DNA from: an uncultured Nitrospiraceae bacterium
GTDB lineage: Bacteria; Nitrospirota; Nitrospiria; Nitrospirales; Nitrospiraceae
Length of the DNA stretch: 64,000 bases
NCBI GenBank assembly: GCA_963706325.1
Contig: CAVPLT010000006.1
Span: 1-64,000 of the forward strand
Reading direction: 5' to 3'
A program made the position numbers and the translations under genes. Position 1 is the stretch's first letter; each line of letters begins with the position of its first letter. Below, piece after piece: positions 44,225-53,081 of this stretch. The notes below the pieces were generated by a model that was given only the letters and a program-made list of their open reading frames with translations, ran no database searches and was not told the origin of the DNA.

Positions 44225-44365
44225 TACACATTTTCTCCGATCCGGGAGGGTGTTGTCGGTCAGTTCTCGGCAGTTGAGTAAAATTCTACGGTTCCGGCGT
44301 ACATCCCGTGATGGGCGTGGGCGTAGCGAATGGATGGGAGGAGGTGGCCGTATTAAGAGAGCGGA

Positions 44366-44934
44366 TCAGCGCACCTGGAGGCCTCGGTGGAACCGAGTGC
44401 CCCGCAAACGGCAGCAGGTTCCACTTAGCTGGGCAACAGTATTGACTTGGCTGCTGGAGGATGTCTGCCAAGAGGACGAGCCGTTACTCGACGCCTGCTG
44501 ATACTTCGCCAGCGAGTCATTGGCGATTTCACTCGCGGGTTGGTCCATGAAGGATCCGCCTGTCGCACTTGAGCTCGAGGAGCCTGGCGTTGATGACCGG
44601 GATGACGTCGAGCCGTCGGTCCTTGTAGCCTGCTGAGGATCGCTTACAATCGATTGGGCGAACCGATTCACAAAGGAGTGGCCGTCTTGAGCGCCACCAT
44701 GGTGACGATGCCGATGGTGCCCCTGACGCCATTGACGCCCGAGGTCTGAGCCGGATCAATGGCCTGCGAGGGTTGACTCGCATTCTACTGGGCCGCTGCC
44801 TTGGAAATGGAGGTCCTGTCAGCTGGCTGCTGACAACCGCAAGAGGATTGGTTTCTCGTCGAAGCGCCGACTCCAGAAAGATAACTCTGAAGCCACTGCA
44901 GAACAGGAGAGGACCCCACACTTGAGACAGACAT
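44366..44934 (-). CDS. Ser/Gly/His-rich low-complexity protein (internal TAG at 44785 plus frameshift)
   Basis: AAGGAG RBS; MSVSSVGSS..DRTSISKAAAQ; GHHRHRHHGG; Ser-rich tail. Confidence 0.5.
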
Positions 44935-45070
44935 ACCGTCTCCTTGGTAATCAGAAAGTCTTGCGATCCATGCTTGATGACTCGCTGATTTGGAGAAAAG
45001 GCGCCGATCCATGTGCCGCCCTCAGCGGAACTTGCGCAGCAAGAAACACCACCGCATCTCGTGGCCCCAG

Positions 45071-45310
45071 TTAGCCTACAGAAGCCAGCGCAGGCGCTCT
45101 GCTTGAAGTCCGTTCGACCTCGTATTGAAATCCTCTCCGAAGAAGAATGAGCTTCCCTCTCCGGCTCAGGTCATCGATGGTCTTGAATACTTGGTTCCAG
45201 GTGAGCTCGGGAAGCAGAGTGACGACCTGCTCCAGGGTTAAAGATTTCCGAACGCGCAACAACTCGAGGATGAGAGATTCACTCTTGAGGGAGATAGCTG
45301 GATGGACCAT
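45071..45310 (-). CDS. Small hypothetical protein, winged-helix-like
   Basis: GGAGGAG RBS; ILELLR..LTLEQV..LPELTWNQVF..IDDLSRRG.LIL pattern. Confidence 0.65.
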   Translation of the reverse strand: MVHPAISLKSESLILELLRVRKSLTLEQVVTLLPELTWNQVFKTIDDLSRRGKLILLRRGFQYEVERTSSRAPALASVG

Positions 45311-45410
45311 GATGCTCCTCCTGGTTGGACTTTCTGTCTCCTTGAGAACGGCTCGCTCGCAGAGCCAGTGAACAGAGACTACCTTCGCACCCTAGTCTTT
45401 GCCTCGGCGG

Positions 45411-45449
45411 TGTCTCTTGGAGATCAACAATGCGTCAATTTCGTGTTAA
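45411..45449 (-). promoter_or_regulatory. Possible Pho-box-like repeats upstream of the small protein
   Basis: TTAACA-5-TTGACG-5-TTGATC-5-GAGACA; no good -10 box at the 9-bp position. Confidence 0.45.
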
Positions 45450-45464
45450 CTCGCCGCGATGCCT

Positions 45465-45974
45465 CTAGAATTCCTCTCGGCCGCACACTGTGCCTTTAAC
45501 GGCGGCATCTCCATAGGCCGGGGAACAACGCACGGCCACGACCCGCACGGCGCCCAATGTCAGAAGAATCGCTCCCAAGAGCAGCAACTTGACCTGATCG
45601 GCCTCCTTGAACCACAGAGAAATGATCTCTGTCAGCATGACGACCAGGATGGTATCCACGATGAAGGTCACCTTCACGCGCCCCTCGGAGAAGTACGTCA
45701 CGGTGGTCTTAAATACCTCGACCACCGCAAGCAAGATCAGCGTATCGACGATGATTTGCCGGAGACCGACTTCGACCGGTGCGTTGAACATCAACCCGAT
45801 ATCCATGAAGGTCTTGATTACGCCGCCCGTCAGCGCGATGAGAATCGTCAGAATCAGGAGACTCAAGACCGCTTTGATTCCCTTCATCCATAACTCAGTG
45901 AGATCTGTATCGATGACTCGGGCCGCCAAATCAGAGAAACGATGCACGCGAGGCTGAAGATTTGTGAATGTCAT
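45465..45974 (-). CDS. psiE: Phosphate-starvation-inducible PsiE-family membrane protein
   Basis: Four TM segments; VEVFKT..YF.EGRVKV.FIVDT.L...L.EII; AGGAG RBS. Confidence 0.78.
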   Translation of the reverse strand: MTFTNLQPRVHRFSDLAARVIDTDLTELWMKGIKAVLSLLILTILIALTGGVIKTFMDIGLMFNAPVEVGLRQIIVDTLILLAVVEVFKTTVTYFSEGRVKVTFIVDTILVVMLTEIISLWFKEADQVKLLLLGAILLTLGAVRVVAVRCSPAYGDAAVKGTVCGREEF

Positions 45975-46036
45975 ACGTAAGGACTCCTGGTGGTGAAGGA
46001 AACTTCCTGCCATCGTTAGACCTCTACATTACGCTG

Positions 46037-46090
46037 AGTCTATGCGAGCGCTGTTCCAGGAGGATCACGGCTCCATTACAGAAGCGTTAC
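46037..46090 (-). promoter_or_regulatory. Pho-box-like promoter of psiE
   Basis: GTAACG-5-GTAATG-5-GTGATC-5-GGAACA-9-TAGACT. Confidence 0.75.
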
Positions 46091-46142
46091 GTTAGTCGGA
46101 AATCACTCGACGTCCATTCGCACGGCGCAAGATTCGAAAGGA

Positions 46143-46196
46143 TTTACGCCGGCGTAACAGTGGAGATATGCCAATGAAATCTCGCTCCGTTACTCT
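46143..46196 (+). promoter_or_regulatory. Pho-box-like promoter of response regulator 3
   Basis: TTTACG-5-GTAACA-5-GATATG-5-GAAATC-9-TACTCT. Confidence 0.6.
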
Positions 46197-46202
46197 TGAT
46201 CC

Positions 46203-46913
46203 ATGCAGGCTCCAATGGACTCTATGCGCCATCGAGGAATCGCCGTCCTCCTCGTCAGCAGGGACGAGCTGTATGCCGAGGCGATCCATCACCTGTTGAG
46301 ACCCAACGGGTATTACGTGACACTCGCGCCGACCGCCGAAGCCGCTCTGTCCCTCGCGCCACGAGTGGCTTTCAAACTGGCTCTGATCGACCGACGACAC
46401 AAGATCATCGCGATCCTGCGGCGCGATCCGGCCCTTCGACACATCCCCATGATCGCCATCCAGCCTCATGGGGAACCCTGCACAGAAGAGGACACGTTGG
46501 AGGAGCTGGCTGCTGGGTTCGATATGGTGCTGGACTCTCACCGTCATCGCGAATGGCTGGCCATCATCAAGGCGCTGATTCGAAGGCAAGAGTTTCAGGC
46601 TGTTCCCGTCAGGGAATTTCGGGTGAACTCACTGTCCATGAACCTGGACCGACACGAAGTCATGGTCGGAGAGAAGCCGATCCAACTAACCCCAAAAGAG
46701 TTCCAGATTCTTCGAGTCTTCCTCCAGAACCCCGGGCGCGTGCTGACACGCCAGGAGCTCCTCAACCTCGTATGGGGAGAGGACTATGCGCTAGAGGAAC
46801 ATGCCCTGGACGTGCATATCCACGCACTCCGACAGAAACTGGAATACAATCCGCCTGCCCCGCGATGGATTCTCACGATCAGAGGAGTGGGATATAAATT
46901 GTCTTCCACGTGA
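46203..46913 (+). CDS. OmpR/PhoB-family regulator with atypical receiver (paralog 3)
   Basis: Well-conserved wHTH (LTPKEFQIL..GRVLTRQELL..VWG..LDVHI..LRQK..TIRGVGY); receiver lacks the acidic pair and KP. Confidence 0.85.
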   Translation: MQAPMDSMRHRGIAVLLVSRDELYAEAIHHLLRPNGYYVTLAPTAEAALSLAPRVAFKLALIDRRHKIIAILRRDPALRHIPMIAIQPHGEPCTEEDTLEELAAGFDMVLDSHRHREWLAIIKALIRRQEFQAVPVREFRVNSLSMNLDRHEVMVGEKPIQLTPKEFQILRVFLQNPGRVLTRQELLNLVWGEDYALEEHALDVHIHALRQKLEYNPPAPRWILTIRGVGYKLSST

Positions 46914-46985
46914 GAGGAGAGACACGATGTGCTCCATGATCTCCCGGCAAGAAACAATGCGCTGTCACGGATTCCACGACAGAGT

Positions 46986-47039
46986 TTTACACGTTGGTAA
47001 CATCGCTCGAACGCTGGTGTGATCCAGATCGACTACCTT
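46986..47039 (+). promoter_or_regulatory. Pho-box-like promoter of the porin operon
   Basis: TTTACA-5-GTAACA-5-CGAACG-5-GTGATC-9-TACCTT. Confidence 0.65.
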
Positions 47040-47084
47040 CCCCCCGCGTTCACTACACCAATAGACACAAGGAGGATGTTCGTA

Positions 47085-48632
47085 ATGGAAGTACGCTCGT
47101 TGGTTACATCCATCAGCGGCCTCGTCGGGACTGCAGTATTGAGTCTCTGCGTGACTGCATCCTGGGCCGATGATTCGTCAGGACAGGGGGGAAAGACCCC
47201 TCAGCCGAATCCCGTCGTGGCCCAAACCATCGGTCCGTCTCCCGCTGGCGCCAGCGCTCCGCCATCATCTCAGGAAGTTCCGTTGGGAGGCACGTCGATC
47301 GAGGATCTTCTCATGCAGAAGGGGACGATCACCAAGGAAGAATGGATTCAGATTCGCGCCGAGCAGGAATACAAGGGCGGGGAGATAGACAAACGGGTCG
47401 ATACGCTGGATGAATGGAAGTCCAGGAATGAATTATTGCCGATCCTCCGGGACAAGGTGAACTTCGGACTCAATGCCCTGCAATTTTTATACACCCACCA
47501 GGATGCGCATGTGCCGGAAGGCAGGAGCCAGGACAACCTCTCGATTCGGCGCTCTGAAATTCTGTTCTGGGGCCGGCTCAGCGATACCCTCCCACGATGG
47601 CATACATTGATGGAGTTTCAGAGCATCACCTTGCAGAACAACACGCCGACGGGCGGAAGCGCCGCCACCGGCGGAGTGCCGACCTCGGCGACTTTCTTTC
47701 GTGAAGCCTATCTCGACGTACGACCGGTGCAAGCTTGGGCCCCCAATCTGAATTATTTTCGAATGGGTGTCTTTCGAATGCCCTTCGGTATCTTCACGGA
47801 AACCTCGGGTGGTTTGCGCGACGTCATCAGTTCTCCTTACCTCACCTCGGTGGGCTCCGGAGTCGGCAACCGCACCGGGTCGGCCGGAACGATTGACTTT
47901 ATCCAAGAGCGCGATTACTTCGTTGACATGCGCGGCAAATTGTTCAACCGGTTGGAATATGCGGCCGGTATTATGAACAATAATAACTACACAGCGAACG
48001 CCACCGGAGCGAACGCGCCAAAAGCCTTCTATTCCCGGGTCCGTCTTTTCGGAAACGATGTCTCCTTCATCAGCTTCACGACGATTCAAGGCGAATCGAA
48101 CAACGCCAATACCAACATCAACGGCCGTGGCAAGGGCGCCTTCGATCGCTATGGATTAGATGCCCGCTATACATCGAAAATCATTCCTGGTCTGATGGTG
48201 CAGGGCGAATGGTGGCAGGGACATGATGGGGCCAATCAAACGACGGTCGGTCGACCGGCCAACGGGACCTGTGATTTTCAGCCGAGTTGTGGAGGCTCCG
48301 GCGCACCCGGTGTGCAACGACGCACCTGGTATGTGTTGGCTAAGTACTTGATCACCCGGGGACCATTTGAGAATTTCGAGCCCGTTATCATGTATGACCA
48401 ATTTGATCCCAACACCGGGATCGGCAACGATCTGTACACGAGAACCATCGCCGGACTCACCTATTACTTTGAAAACTTTCCGCCGAAGGTTCAATCCAAA
48501 TTGCAGGTTAACTACGAGTTCCGCCATCATTCCGGCAATGGGCCGGGCAACGTCGTCGATCCCACGCGTGGCGTCGGAGACCCTTTCGCCCAGAATGCTT
48601 TCTTGGTACAGTGGCAAATACGATTTATGTAA
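47085..48632 (+). CDS. Outer-membrane porin, probably phosphate-selective (OprO/P-like)
   Basis: Signal peptide; DLLMQKGTIT..E; IRRSEI; REAYLD; RMGVFRMPFG; C-terminal QWQIRF; Pho context. Confidence 0.75.
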   Translation: MEVRSLVTSISGLVGTAVLSLCVTASWADDSSGQGGKTPQPNPVVAQTIGPSPAGASAPPSSQEVPLGGTSIEDLLMQKGTITKEEWIQIRAEQEYKGGEIDKRVDTLDEWKSRNELLPILRDKVNFGLNALQFLYTHQDAHVPEGRSQDNLSIRRSEILFWGRLSDTLPRWHTLMEFQSITLQNNTPTGGSAATGGVPTSATFFREAYLDVRPVQAWAPNLNYFRMGVFRMPFGIFTETSGGLRDVISSPYLTSVGSGVGNRTGSAGTIDFIQERDYFVDMRGKLFNRLEYAAGIMNNNNYTANATGANAPKAFYSRVRLFGNDVSFISFTTIQGESNNANTNINGRGKGAFDRYGLDARYTSKIIPGLMVQGEWWQGHDGANQTTVGRPANGTCDFQPSCGGSGAPGVQRRTWYVLAKYLITRGPFENFEPVIMYDQFDPNTGIGNDLYTRTIAGLTYYFENFPPKVQSKLQVNYEFRHHSGNGPGNVVDPTRGVGDPFAQNAFLVQWQIRFM

Positions 48633-48702
48633 TGATCGGGACGGGCTCGCACAGCCATACATTCACAACCGAGCATGTCTCAATACAAGAGAAGGACAAC
48701 CA

Positions 48703-49242
48703 ATGAAGCTACAACGAGGAGCGCTCGTAGTCTTACTGATCGGGATAGTTTTCAGTGGATGCGGATCACCAAGGATCTTTTCGCCCCAGGTGTTGGAGGG
48801 CGTGGATGACAACTTTGATTTTGCGGGCTGGCGGATGGTCCCGAACGCCAAGGCGGGAAAAAAGGTGCAACTCGGTGGCCGTATCGTGCAGGCTCCGCAA
48901 AAAGACGGCCTTGTGACCATGGTCCTCACGCAGCTCCCGATCGTCGACCACCCGGCCTATGGGCCGACTGATACAGGACGCGGACGGGGAGAATTCCTGG
49001 TCTATTTCCATGGGAACATTCCACCCAACTGGTTGCAGGCGGGCAATCGTGTCATCGTGATCGGAACGACGCAAAACGCTGCGGTCGTGGCCGTTGAGGA
49101 CAGTCAACGCAGCCTTCCCGCGCTCACGGCGCAGTGTCTCCATATTTGGAATACCGGCGGAAAAGAGATTGCCGAATTCCCGAACTTTGGAGCAGGATAC
49201 CAGCCGCTTGAAGAGGATACCTATTGCGCGGAGTCACGGTAA
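48703..49242 (+). CDS. Slp-family outer-membrane lipoprotein
   Basis: Lipobox FSGC; GKKVQLGGRIV; P..T....GEFL; G.RV.VIG; LHIW. Confidence 0.8.
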   Translation: MKLQRGALVVLLIGIVFSGCGSPRIFSPQVLEGVDDNFDFAGWRMVPNAKAGKKVQLGGRIVQAPQKDGLVTMVLTQLPIVDHPAYGPTDTGRGRGEFLVYFHGNIPPNWLQAGNRVIVIGTTQNAAVVAVEDSQRSLPALTAQCLHIWNTGGKEIAEFPNFGAGYQPLEEDTYCAESR

Positions 49243-49586
49243 CAGTCCCGACGAGAGGGCGGCTCGCCAGACAAGGGGGCGGCGCGCGTGATCGATTCTT
49301 CGCGCTCCTCCTGGTGTTGGCTTTCACCGCCTGCGGGGGCGAGGTCACTCTTGTCCGAGACACCCCGAATGGAGGAATCGTCACCTATACGTTCCAGAAT
49401 GAGACCGATGTACTCACGTCGAGCCATCGGCGTGAGGCCATGGGACTCATCAAGCAGAAATGCCCCGCTGGATCACATATCCAGAAAGAAGGCGAAGTTC
49501 CGAAGGTCAGCCAGGCGGCGGATCGCGCCTGGCGCGGGCAAATGGGAGGCGACAGATTGTGGGGTATTCAGTTCACATGCGATTAG
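49224..49586 (+). CDS. Hypothetical lipoprotein
   Basis: Lipobox FTAC; Cys pair (KCP..FTC); overlaps the slp end. Confidence 0.65.
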   Translation: MRGVTVTVPTRGRLARQGGGARDRFFALLLVLAFTACGGEVTLVRDTPNGGIVTYTFQNETDVLTSSHRREAMGLIKQKCPAGSHIQKEGEVPKVSQAADRAWRGQMGGDRLWGIQFTCD

Positions 49587-49618
49587 CTCACCTGCGGACC
49601 ACATGCACACTAACGGGT

Positions 49619-50548
49619 ATGCGACGTGGCATCTACCTGGCATTGCTCGCCTTGCTGGTATCCGCCTGTTCGCTAGCGACCGGGGGGAAGGTCTTGTACG
49701 ACCAACAGGACCGTCAAATCGGTCTACAAACGGACCCCACAATCCGTCGCGCCCCGTCACCGACAGAAAACAATCATCCTGCGCAGCTCACTGCCGAAGA
49801 TGTTCGAACACTGCTCGTCTCATTGATGATAAGCGGTTGGAGCGGGACCCTCGTTGGAGTTGTGGAACAGCCCCGGCCGATTCCAGTCTTCACCGAGGCC
49901 GAGCTCAGTCACATCGCAGCGCCCATCGCCCTTGCCTTTCAGCAGGCGGGCCCCACCGACCGAATATTCTTCTCCTTGCCCAGGTCACAGACGACCTATA
50001 GCGAGGAACGCACAACCGGTGCCCTGTTTCTTCGTGGCCGCTATCTCCATGTGGTCATTACGGATCATTCCGCCTTCACAAAGGCCGATACGGCCGGGGG
50101 AGACGTGAAAGATCCACGCGATATGAAAGGGATGAAGCTGTGGGTTGCGGCACCGGCAACGAGAGCTACGGTGCCCGATGCGGAGGAGCCTCGCTGGGCC
50201 CACTTTGAGACGGTACACCTCTCATTGAACGCCAAGGATATCATCGCGCTGCGAAGCCGGGCCGCTGAACCTTCGTTCGAAGCATCGCACCCGATTCCGC
50301 CACCGGTGAAGACCTCATCGTCGACGGTGGTGAATAATGGCGCGACAGCTGAACCACTCACCAATCAGACAGACGAACTTCGTCAGCAGGTCCGGGAACT
50401 CACCAGGTCAAATTTGGATCTTCGCGATCGCCTGGAGGATCAACATAAGCAGATGCAGGCCTTGCAGGATCAGTTAGTGAAAGCCCAGCAGGAGCTTGAC
50501 TCAGCCCGCCCAAAGACCAAGAATTCCCGCAAGGCTCCAGCTCCATAG
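49619..50548 (+). CDS. Hypothetical lipoprotein with C-terminal coiled coil
   Basis: Lipobox VSAC; NNHPAQLT..PVF..EL..A..IA.A motif; heptad tail. Confidence 0.7.
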   Translation: MRRGIYLALLALLVSACSLATGGKVLYDQQDRQIGLQTDPTIRRAPSPTENNHPAQLTAEDVRTLLVSLMISGWSGTLVGVVEQPRPIPVFTEAELSHIAAPIALAFQQAGPTDRIFFSLPRSQTTYSEERTTGALFLRGRYLHVVITDHSAFTKADTAGGDVKDPRDMKGMKLWVAAPATRATVPDAEEPRWAHFETVHLSLNAKDIIALRSRAAEPSFEASHPIPPPVKTSSSTVVNNGATAEPLTNQTDELRQQVRELTRSNLDLRDRLEDQHKQMQALQDQLVKAQQELDSARPKTKNSRKAPAP

Positions 50549-50559
50549 AGAATCCACCA

Positions 50560-51100
50560 ACCTCCGAGCCGTTTCAGCGCCGGTGCCACGTCTGGAAACT
50601 GTGGGTTCTTCAAGCAGAACGGCCCTTGCCGCCGCAGAACTGCATATGGGTGAGCCTGAGCAACGCCGTATTTGGCCTGCCTCCCCTGCGGCAATTGCGA
50701 TAGAACCAAACGCACTATTCTTTGGGGCTCGTCGCTTTGAACCTCGTCCTCTGCCCATCGCCTTCTTGTAGGTCTCCCTGACTGCTTGGCCTACAGCCAT
50801 TTGACCGAACGCAATCTGTCTGAGAATCTTCGCACGGTCCGGGCGACGCGACGTTTCATGTCCCTCCATCATCCTATGTTTCCGCCTGGGTCTCCATGAT
50901 GTCCCGGCGAACCCAATTCCGCTGTCCGTCCTTCTCAATAGTCGTGGCCACCCTCCTCGCCTGAGCGATGTCGTCGTCATGAACAAGGGTCGCCGCAATT
51001 CTTTACTGAACATCAGCCGGCGCGAAGGCATGAGCTGTCGCTGAGGCAGCCTTGCAGCGACCGTCAAACTCGCCCGACACCCAGGCACATCACCTCAGCC
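50560..51100 (-). pseudogene. Possible decayed alpha-helical repeat protein gene
   Basis: Stop-interrupted fragments DDIAQARRVATTIEKDGQRNWVRRDIMETQAE and DRAKILRQIAFGQMAVG in different frames. Confidence 0.3.
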
Positions 51101-51342
51101 CCATTCACTGTCGGCGATGCCTGCAGAGGCGATGTGGACAGGGTGATCGGGGAGCAGATCAGCAAGGAGCGAGGTTCCTCAATGGTCCGATAATAGGAAA
51201 GGGGATAACTGTTTGTGCAGACTATAGAGGCGCAGATAGTTCCTCAAAATAGCGCGCTGCTACTTGTAGCCCAGCGCCGCAGGCATGAGACTGGGGTGGC
51301 TCAATGACCCTGCAGACGCAAGGGGTTGCAAGAGTAACACGA

Positions 51343-52467
51343 TCAGTCGGGGAGTGGGGCATTTGAGCCGGCGATGCCGAGCGCCAGAAAGTTCTTCTTC
51401 AGTTGGTTCATCGGAAGGGGGAACAACCCTGCCTTCATGACGGTTTCCTGTCCCTCACGGCTCGTGATGAACGTCAAGAACTCCTGCACAGCAGGCGCGA
51501 GGGACGCTTTCGGAGCCTTGTCAACATAGAGGTACAACATCCGGCGCAAGGGGTAAGTTTGATCACCCATTGTTGCCGCCGTGGGGGCCACGTAAGGCAT
51601 GCCCTCGTTCTCCGCAAGAGGAACGATCCGCACGTTGGAGGTTTCCAGGCCTAATCCACTGTAGCCGATGCCTAATTGATCGCGGGTCAGATCCAGAATT
51701 ACCGAAGCCGCACCTGGTTCCTCCCGAAGAGTCGGCACAAACTCACCCCCGGCCAAACAATGTTCCTGGAAAAAAGCCCGCGTTCCGGACCGGCGATCCC
51801 GACCATAGAGCCTGATCGCTGCCTTCTCCCATCCATCATGAAGGCCCAGCGCCCCCCACTGTGTCAGGTTCGCTTTTAATCCGCGATTGTGAGTGGTTGA
51901 AAACATCGCGTCCACCTGGTCGAGTGTGAGCCCCGGGAGTGGATTGTCCCGATGGACATAGAGTGCCACGGCATCCACCGCCACTGGAATCCCCGTCGGT
52001 TCATATCCATGTTGCGTCACAAATTGATTAATTTCCGTATCCATTAACTCGCGTGAGGAGGCCACGAGAGACACATAGGTCGGTCGTTCTTCCTTGAGGG
52101 TGATTTTCCCGCTCAGTTTGGCGGGTGGTTGAATAAACTCCGTAACCGCCTTGCTCGATCCTCCGCCGCTCACATTGATCCTGACATTCGGCTGGCGCCG
52201 TTGGAATTCGCCTGCAAGACGATTCAGGAGAGGGGCCATAGTGTCGGAGCCTTGGACGCGGATGCTTCCAGCCACCTGAGTCTGCGCGGAATATTGTTGC
52301 AGCCCTTCATCAATCGCCAGACTCGCCGTTGGACCGGCATTCTCGGCCTTCGCAGCCTGAATCGGAAGCACGGCGAAGGAACCGGCGGTCGCCATGATAC
52401 CCGCCAAGCTCACTACAGCTGTTCGTTGTCCCCATCCCCGCTTCGGTTCCTGACTCAGCATGCTCAT
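51343..52467 (-). CDS. pstS: Second phosphate-binding protein PstS
   Basis: GSDT, GGGSS, VAVDA, GRDRRSGT, YSGLG, YPLRRMLYLY. Confidence 0.88.
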   Translation of the reverse strand: MSMLSQEPKRGWGQRTAVVSLAGIMATAGSFAVLPIQAAKAENAGPTASLAIDEGLQQYSAQTQVAGSIRVQGSDTMAPLLNRLAGEFQRRQPNVRINVSGGGSSKAVTEFIQPPAKLSGKITLKEERPTYVSLVASSRELMDTEINQFVTQHGYEPTGIPVAVDAVALYVHRDNPLPGLTLDQVDAMFSTTHNRGLKANLTQWGALGLHDGWEKAAIRLYGRDRRSGTRAFFQEHCLAGGEFVPTLREEPGAASVILDLTRDQLGIGYSGLGLETSNVRIVPLAENEGMPYVAPTAATMGDQTYPLRRMLYLYVDKAPKASLAPAVQEFLTFITSREGQETVMKAGLFPLPMNQLKKNFLALGIAGSNAPLPD

Positions 52468-52507
52468 ATCCTCCGGTAAAGTGGTTGCATCGTCTGTAAA
52501 TGGCCTC

Positions 52508-52561
52508 ATCCTACGGATCGATGATTGCTGATACATCACTGGTATGTTACGGCTGTGTTAA
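52508..52561 (-). promoter_or_regulatory. Pho-box-like promoter of the second pstS
   Basis: TTAACA-5-GTAACA-5-GTGATG-5-GCAATC-9-TAGGAT. Confidence 0.78.
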
Positions 52562-52624
52562 ATACCGAGGCCCTCTGGGAAGGTGGGCAGACACACGCTC
52601 GAGACAAAGTCTCCGGCCTCGAAA

Positions 52625-53008
52625 CTAGAATTCGTCGACCGACACCGGCTGCAACAGGTCCCGGACCGACAAGACACCGACAATGGCGCCGCTCTTTAAG
52701 ACCCCCAGATGGCGCGTGTGATGGTGCTGCATCAAGTCGGCGGCCTCCGTGATCGGTCGTCGTTCGTCGATGCTGATGACCGGCGTGCTCATGATCGACT
52801 CCACCGGCACGTAAAGCGCCGGTTTGCTTTCCCCGACGACCTTCCTGACGATGTCAGGTTCTGTCACGATCCCGACCACACGATCATTCTGCGCGACAAA
52901 CACGCTGCCGACATTACGGTCGTTCATCACTCTGGCAGCATCTGCCACGGATGTCCCGGCCTGGACCGTCACGAGTTTCGTCGTCATGAGCTGACTGATT
53001 GTTACCAT
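52625..53008 (-). CDS. Stand-alone CBS-pair protein
   Basis: Two CBS repeats (VGSVFV..GIVTEPDI; RHLGV..GVLSVRDL). Confidence 0.9.
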   Translation of the reverse strand: MVTISQLMTTKLVTVQAGTSVADAARVMNDRNVGSVFVAQNDRVVGIVTEPDIVRKVVGESKPALYVPVESIMSTPVISIDERRPITEAADLMQHHHTRHLGVLKSGAIVGVLSVRDLLQPVSVDEF

Positions 53009-53081
53009 TCTGGCACCCTCCTGGTTGATCTGTAGCGCATTGCCTCGGTGCATCACCGGCCATGCAGGTTCTCTACAGGGA

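Noticed and set aside
44785..44787. In-frame TAG as programmed readthrough or recoding
   Set aside because: TAG ends many normal genes here, and the same gene also has a frameshift, so error or decay is more likely.
44948..44978. Sigma28-like promoter for the Ser-rich gene
   Set aside because: The -10 match (TCTGATTA) is too weak.
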